From positions 1 to 38,848 of the IMG/VR virus record IMGVR_UViG_3300022178_001342: a DNA stretch of 38,848 bases; one strand, written 5' to 3'. Each line of letters opens with the position of its first letter. The first letter of the stretch is position 1. The DNA is from a virus (taxonomy: Duplodnaviria; Caudoviricetes). The translations under genes and the position numbers were made by a program. The notes beneath the pieces are model-generated. The model was given only the letters and a program-made list of their open reading frames with translations, did no database searches and was not told the origin of the DNA. This document shows positions 1 to 9,010 of this stretch, in pieces.

Positions 1-2
1 AC

Positions 3-590
3 GACGACAACATTGCCACGACAACCAGTGTTCTGACACAGATCATGCGGCTCCAACAGATATGCTGCGGATCGTTTCAGCCTGACGTGGGGGATTTACA
101 GGAACTAAAGAACAACCGTCTGCCAGAATTAATGGATATAACAGACGAGCTTTCGGGGAAGGCTATCATTTGGGCGACGTACACTAACGACCTCCAACGG
201 ATAGCACAGGCCCTGCGCGACCGTTTCGGGCCCGATTCGGTCGCAACTTATTACGGCGCAACGCCGCAGGACCGCAGACAGGAGATTGTTGAGGAGTTCC
301 AAGACCCTGACAGCCCGCTGCGGTTCTTTGTGGGACAGCCCAAAACAGGCGGCTACGGCATTACTCTGACGGCGGCTAACACTGTGATCTACTACAGCAA
401 CAGCTACGATCTGGAAATACGCTTACAGAGTGAGGACAGGGCGCACCGCATTGGTCAAACTAAGTCGGTGACGTACATTGACCTCGTTTCCCCCGATACC
501 ATAGACGAGAAAGTTCTGGACGCTTTGCGGTCCAAGGTGAACCTAGCTGGCAAGGTACTGGGGGAAGAAGTCAAAGGGTGGTTAAGTTAA
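3..590 (+). CDS. SNF2-family (SF2) helicase, C-terminal part; 5' truncated by the window edge
   Basis: HelicaseC motifs: KAIIWA, YYGATPQDRRQEIVEEFQ, GGYGITLTAANTVIYY, QSEDRAHRIGQTKSVTYIDLV. The frame is open from position 3, so the ATG at 45 is not the true start. Confidence 0.93.
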   Translation, partial: DDNIATTTSVLTQIMRLQQICCGSFQPDVGDLQELKNNRLPELMDITDELSGKAIIWATYTNDLQRIAQALRDRFGPDSVATYYGATPQDRRQEIVEEFQDPDSPLRFFVGQPKTGGYGITLTAANTVIYYSNSYDLEIRLQSEDRAHRIGQTKSVTYIDLVSPDTIDEKVLDALRSKVNLAGKVLGEEVKGWLS

Positions 591-2611
591 GCGAGAGGGT
601 CTGTGAGTTTAGGATAAACGGTAAAGGGCGGTTTTTTGGGCGGTTTAAACTTGTTAAAGAACTCTTCTATTGTGTCCAACATAGGGGCTCTTTGCGGCGG
701 CACAGAGCCCTGCCCACCTTTAAGTTGTTCCCCCATGCTTTCTGGAGAATACTTTTCCATAATGCTTTCTTGTTCTTCCTCCTCAATTTCAAAGTCGTCT
801 TGCTGCGCTTGAGAACCGAAGTCTTGTCTTGTTTGGCGACTAAGGTTTTCGCCCGCGCTATATGCGTCCTGTCCTTGAAACTCGGTTCCTTCCCGCCTGT
901 TTTCTATGGCTAGGAGGGACATGGCATCGGATTGTGCTACAGGCATAGACATGATTAAATCTTCGCCCCGTTGAACGGGCGTGGGAGTGAACGACGAGGC
1001 TTCCGGCATAGCTAAGTTGCCTCCGGTCAGAGCGTTTGCAACCAGTACGGGGTATCTCACGGCTTCTTGATCTAGAGGCTTTCTGCCTTCCACAAATGCT
1101 TGGTAGTTTCCAGTACCCGCGTTATACTTTTGCAGAGCCTGTTTAATATCTCCACCAGAATGAGCTATCATAGCCCGCAAGTATTTAGTCCCGAAGGCTA
1201 CGTTGATCTCGGGCTCAAAAAGTAACTCTCGCGCTTTTTCTACGGTTCTTTCACTGTCGTCTATAGGAAAGCCCAAATCTATCGCAATATCAAAAACGTT
1301 CTGAGCGCCAAGCTTCTCATATCCGGGTTGGGCTCCAGTACTTGGTAAAACCTGCATAAGACCAATGGCGTCGTCTTCGCTAACAGCGTTAGGATCACCC
1401 GCACTTTCCGTCTGGATTACCGCCGCAGTCAGCTTATCAAAGTCTACTTCCGCAAACGGATCACCACCCTCCTGCATATAAACAGGTCCGCCGTCCGCGA
1501 ACTGTTGGAAGTAACCAATGCCCTGCGGGTCCGGTCCGCGTGTCGGGGGTGGCCCCATTGCTTCACCGCCGCTGGCGAACTGCTGATAAGCGCCAACGCC
1601 CCGCGGTCCGCGGAACATGTTTCGTGCTGTCTCGTTCAGGGTTCCAATACCGCGCATCACGGGACCTCCTTGGGCAAATTGTTTAACCGCACTTTTATCA
1701 AAAACTCCAATGTGAAAGTCGTCATCTGATCCGCCTTTAACACCCGTGAACCCTGCCGCCTTCATAAAGTCGGATAAATTTGTCCTGTCTGTAGACATAG
1801 ACTCGTAACGAAGACCCCACGTTACTGACTTTATATCATCAAACAGTTTACTTGAATTATTAAAGTCAAACGTTTTAGTTTCTTTAATAGGACCTTCTTC
1901 CCCCGCACGTCTACGGCGGTTGTACTCAACAAGAGCCGTGTTTGTGTCCGCGTCATACTCAACCCTAAAGGGCTTTCCGGTGGCGTCTTCCAAGGAGTTT
2001 AACACCGAAAGTGTCCCTAAAACACGCTCTTTTGCAACGGGAATTTTTTTCCCCGCCTGTAAAAAATTAGTTGTGTCTAAGTCAGCTTCTATGATTCTAC
2101 TGTTGGGATTTAAACGGGACGGATAATCGTTACTTTCGCTAAAGTAAGCCGCTTGACCAAAGTTTCCTGTCGGTAAACCCCGTTCAGGGTCTATTTCGTC
2201 AAAATCCTTTTGAGTAGAATGAAAGCCCCTAAGTATGTTACCGCCACCAGAACCTACGGCACTGGGGTCTATGCGACCACCCCGCAAAATCGCAGCGCCT
2301 GTTCCGCCAGAAGCAACCATCTGTGCTACCTGCATTGCAGCCATAGGGTCTTCTTGAGCTACGCTATTATACAGCGCCTCTAAGCCTTCCGCGCCAGACT
2401 CCACCGCGGCTTGAGGGTTGTTATATAAAGATTTGGCAAACGCTCCAATACCTTGAACGGTGTCAGAAACGCCTTCGCCTATGCGGTTAGCGCCATGTTG
2501 AAGTATGCCAACAGGTAAGCTGGTTTTGCCGCTTTTAACACTGTCTCGCAAGGCTTTACGCCGCTCGTTGCGGTAGTCTTGCTCAAACTGATCCATGCTA
2601 AACTTAGCCAT
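587..2611 (-). CDS. Putative internal virion protein: ADP-ribosyltransferase-like (ART-PolyVal-like) domain plus lytic transglycosylase (SLT) domain
   Basis: SLT motifs are clear (IQTESAGDPNAVS, AIGLMQV, NVAFGTKYL, ALQKYNAG; about 1030-1450). ART-like pattern FHST..DFDEID..GNFGQAAYFS..GFTGV..IGVFD...VK (about 1680-2237) is less certain. AGGA Shine-Dalgarno upstream. Confidence 0.8.
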   Translation of the reverse strand: MAKFSMDQFEQDYRNERRKALRDSVKSGKTSLPVGILQHGANRIGEGVSDTVQGIGAFAKSLYNNPQAAVESGAEGLEALYNSVAQEDPMAAMQVAQMVASGGTGAAILRGGRIDPSAVGSGGGNILRGFHSTQKDFDEIDPERGLPTGNFGQAAYFSESNDYPSRLNPNSRIIEADLDTTNFLQAGKKIPVAKERVLGTLSVLNSLEDATGKPFRVEYDADTNTALVEYNRRRRAGEEGPIKETKTFDFNNSSKLFDDIKSVTWGLRYESMSTDRTNLSDFMKAAGFTGVKGGSDDDFHIGVFDKSAVKQFAQGGPVMRGIGTLNETARNMFRGPRGVGAYQQFASGGEAMGPPPTRGPDPQGIGYFQQFADGGPVYMQEGGDPFAEVDFDKLTAAVIQTESAGDPNAVSEDDAIGLMQVLPSTGAQPGYEKLGAQNVFDIAIDLGFPIDDSERTVEKARELLFEPEINVAFGTKYLRAMIAHSGGDIKQALQKYNAGTGNYQAFVEGRKPLDQEAVRYPVLVANALTGGNLAMPEASSFTPTPVQRGEDLIMSMPVAQSDAMSLLAIENRREGTEFQGQDAYSAGENLSRQTRQDFGSQAQQDDFEIEEEEQESIMEKYSPESMGEQLKGGQGSVPPQRAPMLDTIEEFFNKFKPPKKPPFTVYPKLTDPLA

Positions 2612-2619
2612 AGCCTAAA

Positions 2620-2661
2620 TCCTACGCGTAAGGGTTCTTGTACATGTTTAAGAGTTCTTGG
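2620..2661. repeat. 42-bp direct repeat, copy 1 (copy 2 at 3420-3461)
   Basis: tcctacgcgtaagggttcttgtac(a/c)tgtttaagagttcttgg; 41/42 identical; the copies are exactly 800 bp apart. Confidence 0.95.
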
Positions 2662-3410
2662 AAGTTGTAGCCTGTATTTGTAGGAGCCGGAGCCGGAATA
2701 AAAGGTTGAAACGCGGGCACCATCGGTTGAGGGGCTAACGAAGCTATGCCCTCTTGTACGGGCGGAACCATCTGTGGAAGTTCCAGACTAGGCAGGTTTG
2801 GAATCGTCGGTGGAGTAGGCGCAGCAACGGGCGGAAGTTCCAGACTAGGCAGGTTTGGAATCGTCGGTAGAGTGGGTGCAGCAACGGGCGGAACTATTGG
2901 TTGAAAAGGCGCAGCAACGGGCGGAACTATCGTTTCTTCAATTTCAGCGGGAGTTAAATTAATATCCTTTTTAATCTGGTTCTGTTCTTCAGGGGTGTAA
3001 CTCCCCTCTTCCCAAGGGCTTCCCGCAGGGGGCTCCATTCCCGCGGTATAAGAAGCTGTTTCCCCTGTAACAGGGTTTCTCCAACTTACCATAACCGCGG
3101 GGTAGGCTGTAAAAGGAGTATCTGTTTCGGGAAACTTGAAACCATAATCAGGTTGATTAGAAACTTTGGGTTTTAAAGCAACAATTTCTTCTGCCGGAGT
3201 CATGTCGGCAGGAGCAACATTAGCAGGATTCGCTGCCGCCGCCGCTGCCGCTGCCGCCGCTGCCGCCTCTTGAGCCGCTCGCTGGTTATTTCTAGCTACT
3301 TCTTGCCTACGATATTGTTCGAAATACCGTAATTCTGCTCCACTTAAATCATCATGTCGTTTTGAGTTTCCATATTGGTCGAGAAACATTCCATCAGGTA
3401 AAGAGGTCAT
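2622..3410 (-). CDS. Hypothetical Pro/Ala-rich protein, probable internal virion cargo
   Basis: 262-aa ORF with AGGAG RBS, poly-Ala tract, PPVAAP repeats, a GIASL motif and a C-terminus shared with the upstream gene. Confidence 0.75.
   Translation of the reverse strand: MTSLPDGMFLDQYGNSKRHDDLSGAELRYFEQYRRQEVARNNQRAAQEAAAAAAAAAAAANPANVAPADMTPAEEIVALKPKVSNQPDYGFKFPETDTPFTAYPAVMVSWRNPVTGETASYTAGMEPPAGSPWEEGSYTPEEQNQIKKDINLTPAEIEETIVPPVAAPFQPIVPPVAAPTLPTIPNLPSLELPPVAAPTPPTIPNLPSLELPQMVPPVQEGIASLAPQPMVPAFQPFIPAPAPTNTGYNFQELLNMYKNPYA
2761..2931 (-). repeat. Intragenic repeats (57-bp period PPVAAPTxPTIPNLPSLEL x2, plus extra VPPVAAP units)
   Basis: ggaagttccagactaggcaggtttggaatcgtcggt occurs at 2776 and 2833; gcagcaacgggcggaa occurs three times. 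Confidence 0.9.
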
Positions 3411-3419
3411 ATTTAAAGC

Positions 3420-3461
3420 TCCTACGCGTAAGGGTTCTTGTACCTGTTTAAGAGTTCTTGG
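3420..3461. repeat. 42-bp direct repeat, copy 2
   Basis: Matches 2620-2661 with one mismatch; encodes QELLNxYKNPYA-stop plus the start of the next RBS. Confidence 0.95.
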
Positions 3462-4120
3462 TACATATAAGGGTTGTTTTGATTGGGTTCAAAACTGGCG
3501 TACTGTGCGGGTTTTAAAATGTCCGAAATCAGTGCTTGTTCCGGACGGGGGTTCTCGCCCCCGTCCGGAACCCCTGAACGAACAGGTTCCACTGTAGCTC
3601 CGTCGTCAACGGGTATAACGTTTGGGTTTACACCTATATTTACACCGCTACCCATCATACCTGCCCGAGAAATGTCGTCATTATCGCTAGAGTTACCTGC
3701 ACTGCCGCCGTGATACGCGGCCCAGCCTTCTGGCGGCTTGTTTAGGTTGTTGTCAAAAAAGCTAGTGGGCCCTTGTATAGGCACTCGGTCTCCCACCTCA
3801 TAGCCATTTCCTGCGTTGTTGACGCTTCGTGTAGGAGTCATGTCGGGGTGTCCCGTCCACTCCCCGCCCTCAAAGCGTCCCCCAGAATCTCTTTCGTTTG
3901 TAGTAGCGTTATGCACACTCTGACTAAAAGAATTGCCGCCGCCAAAGGTTTCTGACCAGAAGCCAAACTCAGGGACGCCGCCGTGGCTCGGGAGCCCCGA
4001 TCCGCCGTTCTGTTTCAAAAGCATGGCTTCCGCGGGCGTAATGTAGGCCAGCATGTGCGGCTGATCGCGGATCACGGTCTCGCGGGGTATGGACGCTATG
4101 CCCTGTTCCATTCTGTTCAT
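3422..4120 (-). CDS. Hypothetical protein, probable internal virion protein
   Basis: 232 aa; N-terminal block HMLAYITPAEAMLLKQNGGSG...GVPEF resembles the N-terminal domain of 14545-16068; start overlaps the upstream stop (ATGA) with a GGAGG RBS. Confidence 0.8.
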   Translation of the reverse strand: MNRMEQGIASIPRETVIRDQPHMLAYITPAEAMLLKQNGGSGLPSHGGVPEFGFWSETFGGGNSFSQSVHNATTNERDSGGRFEGGEWTGHPDMTPTRSVNNAGNGYEVGDRVPIQGPTSFFDNNLNKPPEGWAAYHGGSAGNSSDNDDISRAGMMGSGVNIGVNPNVIPVDDGATVEPVRSGVPDGGENPRPEQALISDILKPAQYASFEPNQNNPYMYQELLNRYKNPYA

Positions 4121-7100
4121 CGGAATAGTCCTCCTATGCCTGATCGCATCTCGCCGCCACGGGCCGCGAAGGTTATGTCGTTAGGGAAAAGCTGACGCGC
4201 TTTGTTAATGTCAATGCTACTTATGCCGCCAGACTGCGGTCTTTGTGCCGCGCTACCAGCGGGATCAACAGAAGCCGTCTGGACCCCGCTGGGCGCAGCC
4301 GTCTGCGTAGAGGGTGGGAGGTCCCTTCTAGGCAGGGGCTGTAGGGAGGCGTCTTCTCGGGTATCCAAAAATTCTCGCGCTTTTTGTAAAAGTTCGTCTA
4401 CGTTTTCTTCCGCTTCTTCCGGAGCAACGTACCGCTCATAAAACTCCTGTTTCATCTGTTGTTGTCTTTCAGGAGTTACCGTAAAACGCTTTCTGTCGCC
4501 CATTAAAAAGTCGGGCTTCTCTGTTATGACGCTTGTTTCTTCCTCGGGTTTATCTTGAACAAGTGCAGGACGAACCAACCTGTAAGCATAAGAGGACGGT
4601 TCTAAAAAGTCTAACATTATGTTGTACGCTTTTAACGCAAACGAGGCTTTCTTCTCAGGAGTTTTTGCCTTTGCCAAAAGAGCCCCTAAAAGTTCTGGGT
4701 CTTCAAACATTTTAGTAAGCATAGTCATACGAGCAACTTCTGGGGCTTTTTCCAAAAGAGTTCTGCCCGCGTTTCTGGCGGCTTCCGCAGCACGTCCCGA
4801 AACAATCAAATCTCCCGATCCTCCGGGCCCCACTAAAACGTTTCTAGCGCGAGTTCCCGCAGAAGAACCCAGTATAGACAAGGCAATATCTAATCCGGGG
4901 CCCATCTTTTTAACCAAGTCTTCGAAGTCTTGTGCGTCACCGCTCATCAAGGTTTGTTCATACTTAGCCATCTCGCCCAACAACTTTTTCATGTTGTCAA
5001 GTTGACCCGCCGCCATGACGCCCTTGCTCTCCGCCCACTCTGCCACGCTCACGTTGTTTTGAGAATTAGGCAGAGGTTCAAAAAAATTCTTGTACGCCGC
5101 AGTGGCGCTAAAAGCTCCATTGTTTGCATTAATACCTGCTTTGGACAACACTTCCTCAATTAAAGAAACCCTGAAACCCAATAAAGCTTCTTCGCGGTTT
5201 ATGGTGGTTCCTGTTGGCTCAACAATTTTTTTACCCGCGGAATCTTCGGAAATTTTAACTACCGAGGTAGGCCCTTGTAAGGCTGAGTCGAAACCTAAAA
5301 CATCTTCCGCGGCTCCGCGTTGAAGGTCCGTTGTAACTCCCTCCGTTCGCATAGGATCAACTGTGAGATTACCGAGAGGCTTATTTTTAACGTCTAATTG
5401 ACCGATTGCCAGAAACAATCTGTTCAAAGATTCAATAGGTTTCTCATTAGAAGGCCGCAGCGCCTTGTTTATTGCGGTTGTTGGATTTTCCGTTCCACCT
5501 ACGTCTAAGCCATTAGACTTCATCAACTGGTAGAAACTACTCTGGGCTTTTACCGCATTAATAGATTGTTTAGCTTCAGCCGACGTTTTGTCCAAAAGTA
5601 CGTTTAGCCTGCTCATATTACTTAGGTCAGCCTCTAACGCAGGAAACGCCTTCAACATTAGAGCGTTGTTGTCTTGCTGCATCCACTTCGCCAAGGAGGT
5701 TGGAGTAACCTTCCCCGTAGTTTCGTCTATGGCGTTTTCGCGAATATTTCTAAGAACGTTTTCTGTAGTTCCGCGAACCGTGTTTGCAGTACCCAAAACC
5801 TTTATAGACTCTTCGTATAAATCAGGCGCAACTTCGTCTAACAGAGACTTGTTAGCTTTTAGCCAATTTTCATATTTTGGTAGGTCCAGCATTTCTGACT
5901 CAGGGTCTATTACCCCTTCAAAACCTTCCCGAAGTTTAACTACATCTGGTCGGTCAGAAGTTTGAGCCCCAAACAAGTTTCCGCGAAGCGCGGCATCCAA
6001 CTGACTACCATCAATTAAAGTGCTTAAAAGCTGTTGTTGTTGAAATTGACCTACTTGATCCAGTTGTTTTACATGCAAGTAAGCTAGGTCAACACCCTGT
6101 AACTCTCGTTTTAATAATTCCGGTGCAATTTTACGGGCACCTGATTTATCTGTTGCGGACAAATCCCCCGCAAAAGTTTTTGTATAGGCGTTGTTAAAGG
6201 CAACAGAATAAGCGCGGGCCGTGTCGTATGCAAAATTTACGCCTTGCGGAAAGCTCTTTAAGTCATCTAATAGGGCCGTGGCAAAACCATGCGCTAAACG
6301 CGCACCGTTGGCATCTCCACCAGCATCTAGTTTACGCCCAAGGGCTAAAGCTGTGCTGCGCATTTGAAACAATTCTTTTCCAGAAAGAGTTCCTACGTCC
6401 GCGGTAGCCGTTGCAACTTCGGCAGCGGCTTCAGGGGTCGCAGCGGGGTTTTCAAGCTGCGCCCGTCGTAACGCGGCGGCACTGTCTAGAAACCCTCGTG
6501 CATCAGTGGTAAACGTACTGTCTGGAAGAAACTGACCGCCTCTGCCTTGCGGGTCGCTCTGTACATAGCGTTGAGTTCTACTTTCAGCGTTAGCGTTTAC
6601 CCAATCGTCAACGACGCGTTGAATCTCGTCTGGATTATCAAGGTTTTCTACTCTTCGAGCAACGGCTTGCACGGCTCTGAGGTTATCACGGGCCTCGCTT
6701 TGAATAGAGAAATTAGGGTTGTCTAAATAAGCGTTAAATCTTTGCGTATTCCTTGCAAAGCTTTCTTGGGCCGACTGTACGGCTTCGCTTACGACTTGAG
6801 AGGCTTCGGCTACGGGAGGGGTGTCTAAGTTGTTTTGAATAACCAGCAAGTTTGCATAAGCGTCATATGCTTTTGCAACTTCCCTACTTCTGGGCGTACT
6901 TGATTTACCCAGTTTGTCTGAGGATATTGCCTTGAACGCCGCAGCTTGTTCTTGAGGTGGTAGCTGAGAAACCTCGTTAACGGCTCTTTGAAACGCCGCT
7001 TGAGCTTCGGGGGTAGCCGCAACACCCGCATAAAGGTCTTGAAATTTTTCCCGCGCCTTTTGTAAACGCGTGTCTACAGCGACGACAGCTTGTTCGCCGC

Positions 7101-9006
7101 TTAAATTAAGCTCATCCGTTTTACGGGCGACAAAAGCGCCTAACGATTTTATTAAATCGTTGTCTAACGGAATTTTAGCTTCTTCAACTAAGTTTGAAAC
7201 GTTTTCGTTCCAATATTTTATAAAATTAGGGACCGAAATAGGTTTACCTTTTTCGTCTACAAACTCGCTTATTTCTACGTTTTCAGGTATTCTTTTCCAT
7301 AGGGCGCGTTCGCGGGCTCTGTCCGCCTTAATAAGTTCGTCAAACAAATCAAACATCTTTTTCGCTTCGTCTTTTGACGCCGCGACGGGCACACCCTTAG
7401 AGTCTTTTTGAATGCGCTTAAACGCGTCGTCTAGATTTTTACGTGCCTCATAAACGCGTTTGTTAATAGAGGCTTCAAAGGTACCCTCCATCATTGCCGC
7501 GGCCTCTTGCACCGCGTCACGGTCCCCCGTAGCGTACAAACCACGTATCTTCTGACGAATGCCGTCCGTTATGGCTTGTTGAGCCGTGGCTCGTTGACCC
7601 TGCAAGCCGTTACCAATAAAATTTAATGCTCCCTCTAATCCCAAAAGAGTGGGACTTAGAGATTTAGTGCCCGCGGTAGGCTTAACGGGGCTTCCGTCGG
7701 AATCCAAAAGGTCACTAAACTCTCGCGAATTTAACAATTTTGCAACCTCTTTAGGGTCCTCTCCAGCGTCCTGCAAAGCCTTAAATAGCCAATCGGCTAT
7801 CTCCCCCTGCAATTTTTCCTGACGCGCCGCTTGAGCCTTGTCTCTAAATTCCTTACCGCCAAACACAAACCCCTGTACGGCCTTTCGGCCCTTGTTAAGT
7901 TGTCCAGCAACGTAAGGCACCTTTTTAGTTAGAACGTCGGCGCTATAACCGCCCAACAAGCTGTACCCAAACTCCTGCGCAAATTCCATAACAGGGACCG
8001 TGGGGTCAAGTTGATTTTGTGCTTGAGCTAAACCTGCTCCGAGATTAGAAGCGCCCTCCGCTAACGCGTATGTAAAAGGTGCTGCTTTGGAGGTTTGCGC
8101 AATGCCCTGTAGCATGGATTCCGCACTAGCCAAGGTGCCTTTTCCAGTAACCGTTGGCGCGTACTTAAACAACTTGCTTGCTTGTTGTCCCGGTTGTTTT
8201 AACATTCCACGCGTTAGGTCGTCTTTAATTAACTCGTAACCAAGACTTATATTTTTGCTCATAGCGTAAGGAATTGCAGAGTAACCAAGACCTTCGGTGG
8301 TGCCTTGCCCTATCTTATAAAGTGCCTCGGCTTCAGGAAGAAGTGGAACGTCGGGTCCAAAGGTAAGTTCTTGTATCTTTTCGCCGCCAAATCGCCCTGT
8401 TGCTGCGGAAAAGAGGCCCGCAACCGTGGGCAGTGCAAAACGAGAGACGCCTTTTTGTACGCCTCTTAAATACGGACCAAAGGCGCTGCCTTTGTATTTT
8501 ATTTTATTTAAATAGTCATTCGTAAGTTTAAAACCCACAGCAAAACTACCTGCTTCCGCCAACGCGGGAACCACTTCTTCTTTAACACCTTGAACGATTG
8601 TGCCCAGTTTTTCACTGCCAAAAAGAGTGGGCATCCTAATCGGCTCACCCTCGGTGTCCACAGAGAACAATTCAATTATGTCCATCGGCGTCATGGGAAT
8701 ACCGTCGTTAAACGCCCCAGCAAAACCCTTCCCTGTTGTTAAACTAGGGTAAGAAAACCAGTTGGGGTCCTCTGGAAATTCGCCGCTAATCGTTGTGGCA
8801 ATGTCTTGCGCGAGGGCCGCGGTCGGGTCGGCAACGTTGTCGTTTCGGTAAATGTTTGTTAACTGGCCCAAAGATTCCTTGGAAAACGTTAACGGTTCAG
8901 GCATACCTCTTGCCGTCAAATTTTCTTGTATAGTGCCCCCGAGGTACGCCGGAGAGGGCTGATAATCGGGTGAAGTAGAAGCAAACTTATTCTGTTCTTC
9001 AGCCAT
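4117..9006 (-). CDS. Large putative internal virion/DNA ejection protein (1629 aa)
   Basis: Long, Ala/Leu-rich, apparently helical ORF in the podoviral ejection-gene position downstream of the tail genes. No catalytic motif recognised; function inferred from position. Confidence 0.7.
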   Translation of the reverse strand: MAEEQNKFASTSPDYQPSPAYLGGTIQENLTARGMPEPLTFSKESLGQLTNIYRNDNVADPTAALAQDIATTISGEFPEDPNWFSYPSLTTGKGFAGAFNDGIPMTPMDIIELFSVDTEGEPIRMPTLFGSEKLGTIVQGVKEEVVPALAEAGSFAVGFKLTNDYLNKIKYKGSAFGPYLRGVQKGVSRFALPTVAGLFSAATGRFGGEKIQELTFGPDVPLLPEAEALYKIGQGTTEGLGYSAIPYAMSKNISLGYELIKDDLTRGMLKQPGQQASKLFKYAPTVTGKGTLASAESMLQGIAQTSKAAPFTYALAEGASNLGAGLAQAQNQLDPTVPVMEFAQEFGYSLLGGYSADVLTKKVPYVAGQLNKGRKAVQGFVFGGKEFRDKAQAARQEKLQGEIADWLFKALQDAGEDPKEVAKLLNSREFSDLLDSDGSPVKPTAGTKSLSPTLLGLEGALNFIGNGLQGQRATAQQAITDGIRQKIRGLYATGDRDAVQEAAAMMEGTFEASINKRVYEARKNLDDAFKRIQKDSKGVPVAASKDEAKKMFDLFDELIKADRARERALWKRIPENVEISEFVDEKGKPISVPNFIKYWNENVSNLVEEAKIPLDNDLIKSLGAFVARKTDELNLSGEQAVVAVDTRLQKAREKFQDLYAGVAATPEAQAAFQRAVNEVSQLPPQEQAAAFKAISSDKLGKSSTPRSREVAKAYDAYANLLVIQNNLDTPPVAEASQVVSEAVQSAQESFARNTQRFNAYLDNPNFSIQSEARDNLRAVQAVARRVENLDNPDEIQRVVDDWVNANAESRTQRYVQSDPQGRGGQFLPDSTFTTDARGFLDSAAALRRAQLENPAATPEAAAEVATATADVGTLSGKELFQMRSTALALGRKLDAGGDANGARLAHGFATALLDDLKSFPQGVNFAYDTARAYSVAFNNAYTKTFAGDLSATDKSGARKIAPELLKRELQGVDLAYLHVKQLDQVGQFQQQQLLSTLIDGSQLDAALRGNLFGAQTSDRPDVVKLREGFEGVIDPESEMLDLPKYENWLKANKSLLDEVAPDLYEESIKVLGTANTVRGTTENVLRNIRENAIDETTGKVTPTSLAKWMQQDNNALMLKAFPALEADLSNMSRLNVLLDKTSAEAKQSINAVKAQSSFYQLMKSNGLDVGGTENPTTAINKALRPSNEKPIESLNRLFLAIGQLDVKNKPLGNLTVDPMRTEGVTTDLQRGAAEDVLGFDSALQGPTSVVKISEDSAGKKIVEPTGTTINREEALLGFRVSLIEEVLSKAGINANNGAFSATAAYKNFFEPLPNSQNNVSVAEWAESKGVMAAGQLDNMKKLLGEMAKYEQTLMSGDAQDFEDLVKKMGPGLDIALSILGSSAGTRARNVLVGPGGSGDLIVSGRAAEAARNAGRTLLEKAPEVARMTMLTKMFEDPELLGALLAKAKTPEKKASFALKAYNIMLDFLEPSSYAYRLVRPALVQDKPEEETSVITEKPDFLMGDRKRFTVTPERQQQMKQEFYERYVAPEEAEENVDELLQKAREFLDTREDASLQPLPRRDLPPSTQTAAPSGVQTASVDPAGSAAQRPQSGGISSIDINKARQLFPNDITFAARGGEMRSGIGGLFR

Positions 9007-9010
9007 TTAT

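Noticed and set aside
2620-3461. Repeat pair as a DGR template/variable region or as att sites
   Set aside because: Only one mismatch, both copies are coding, and there is no reverse transcriptase or integrase in the window.
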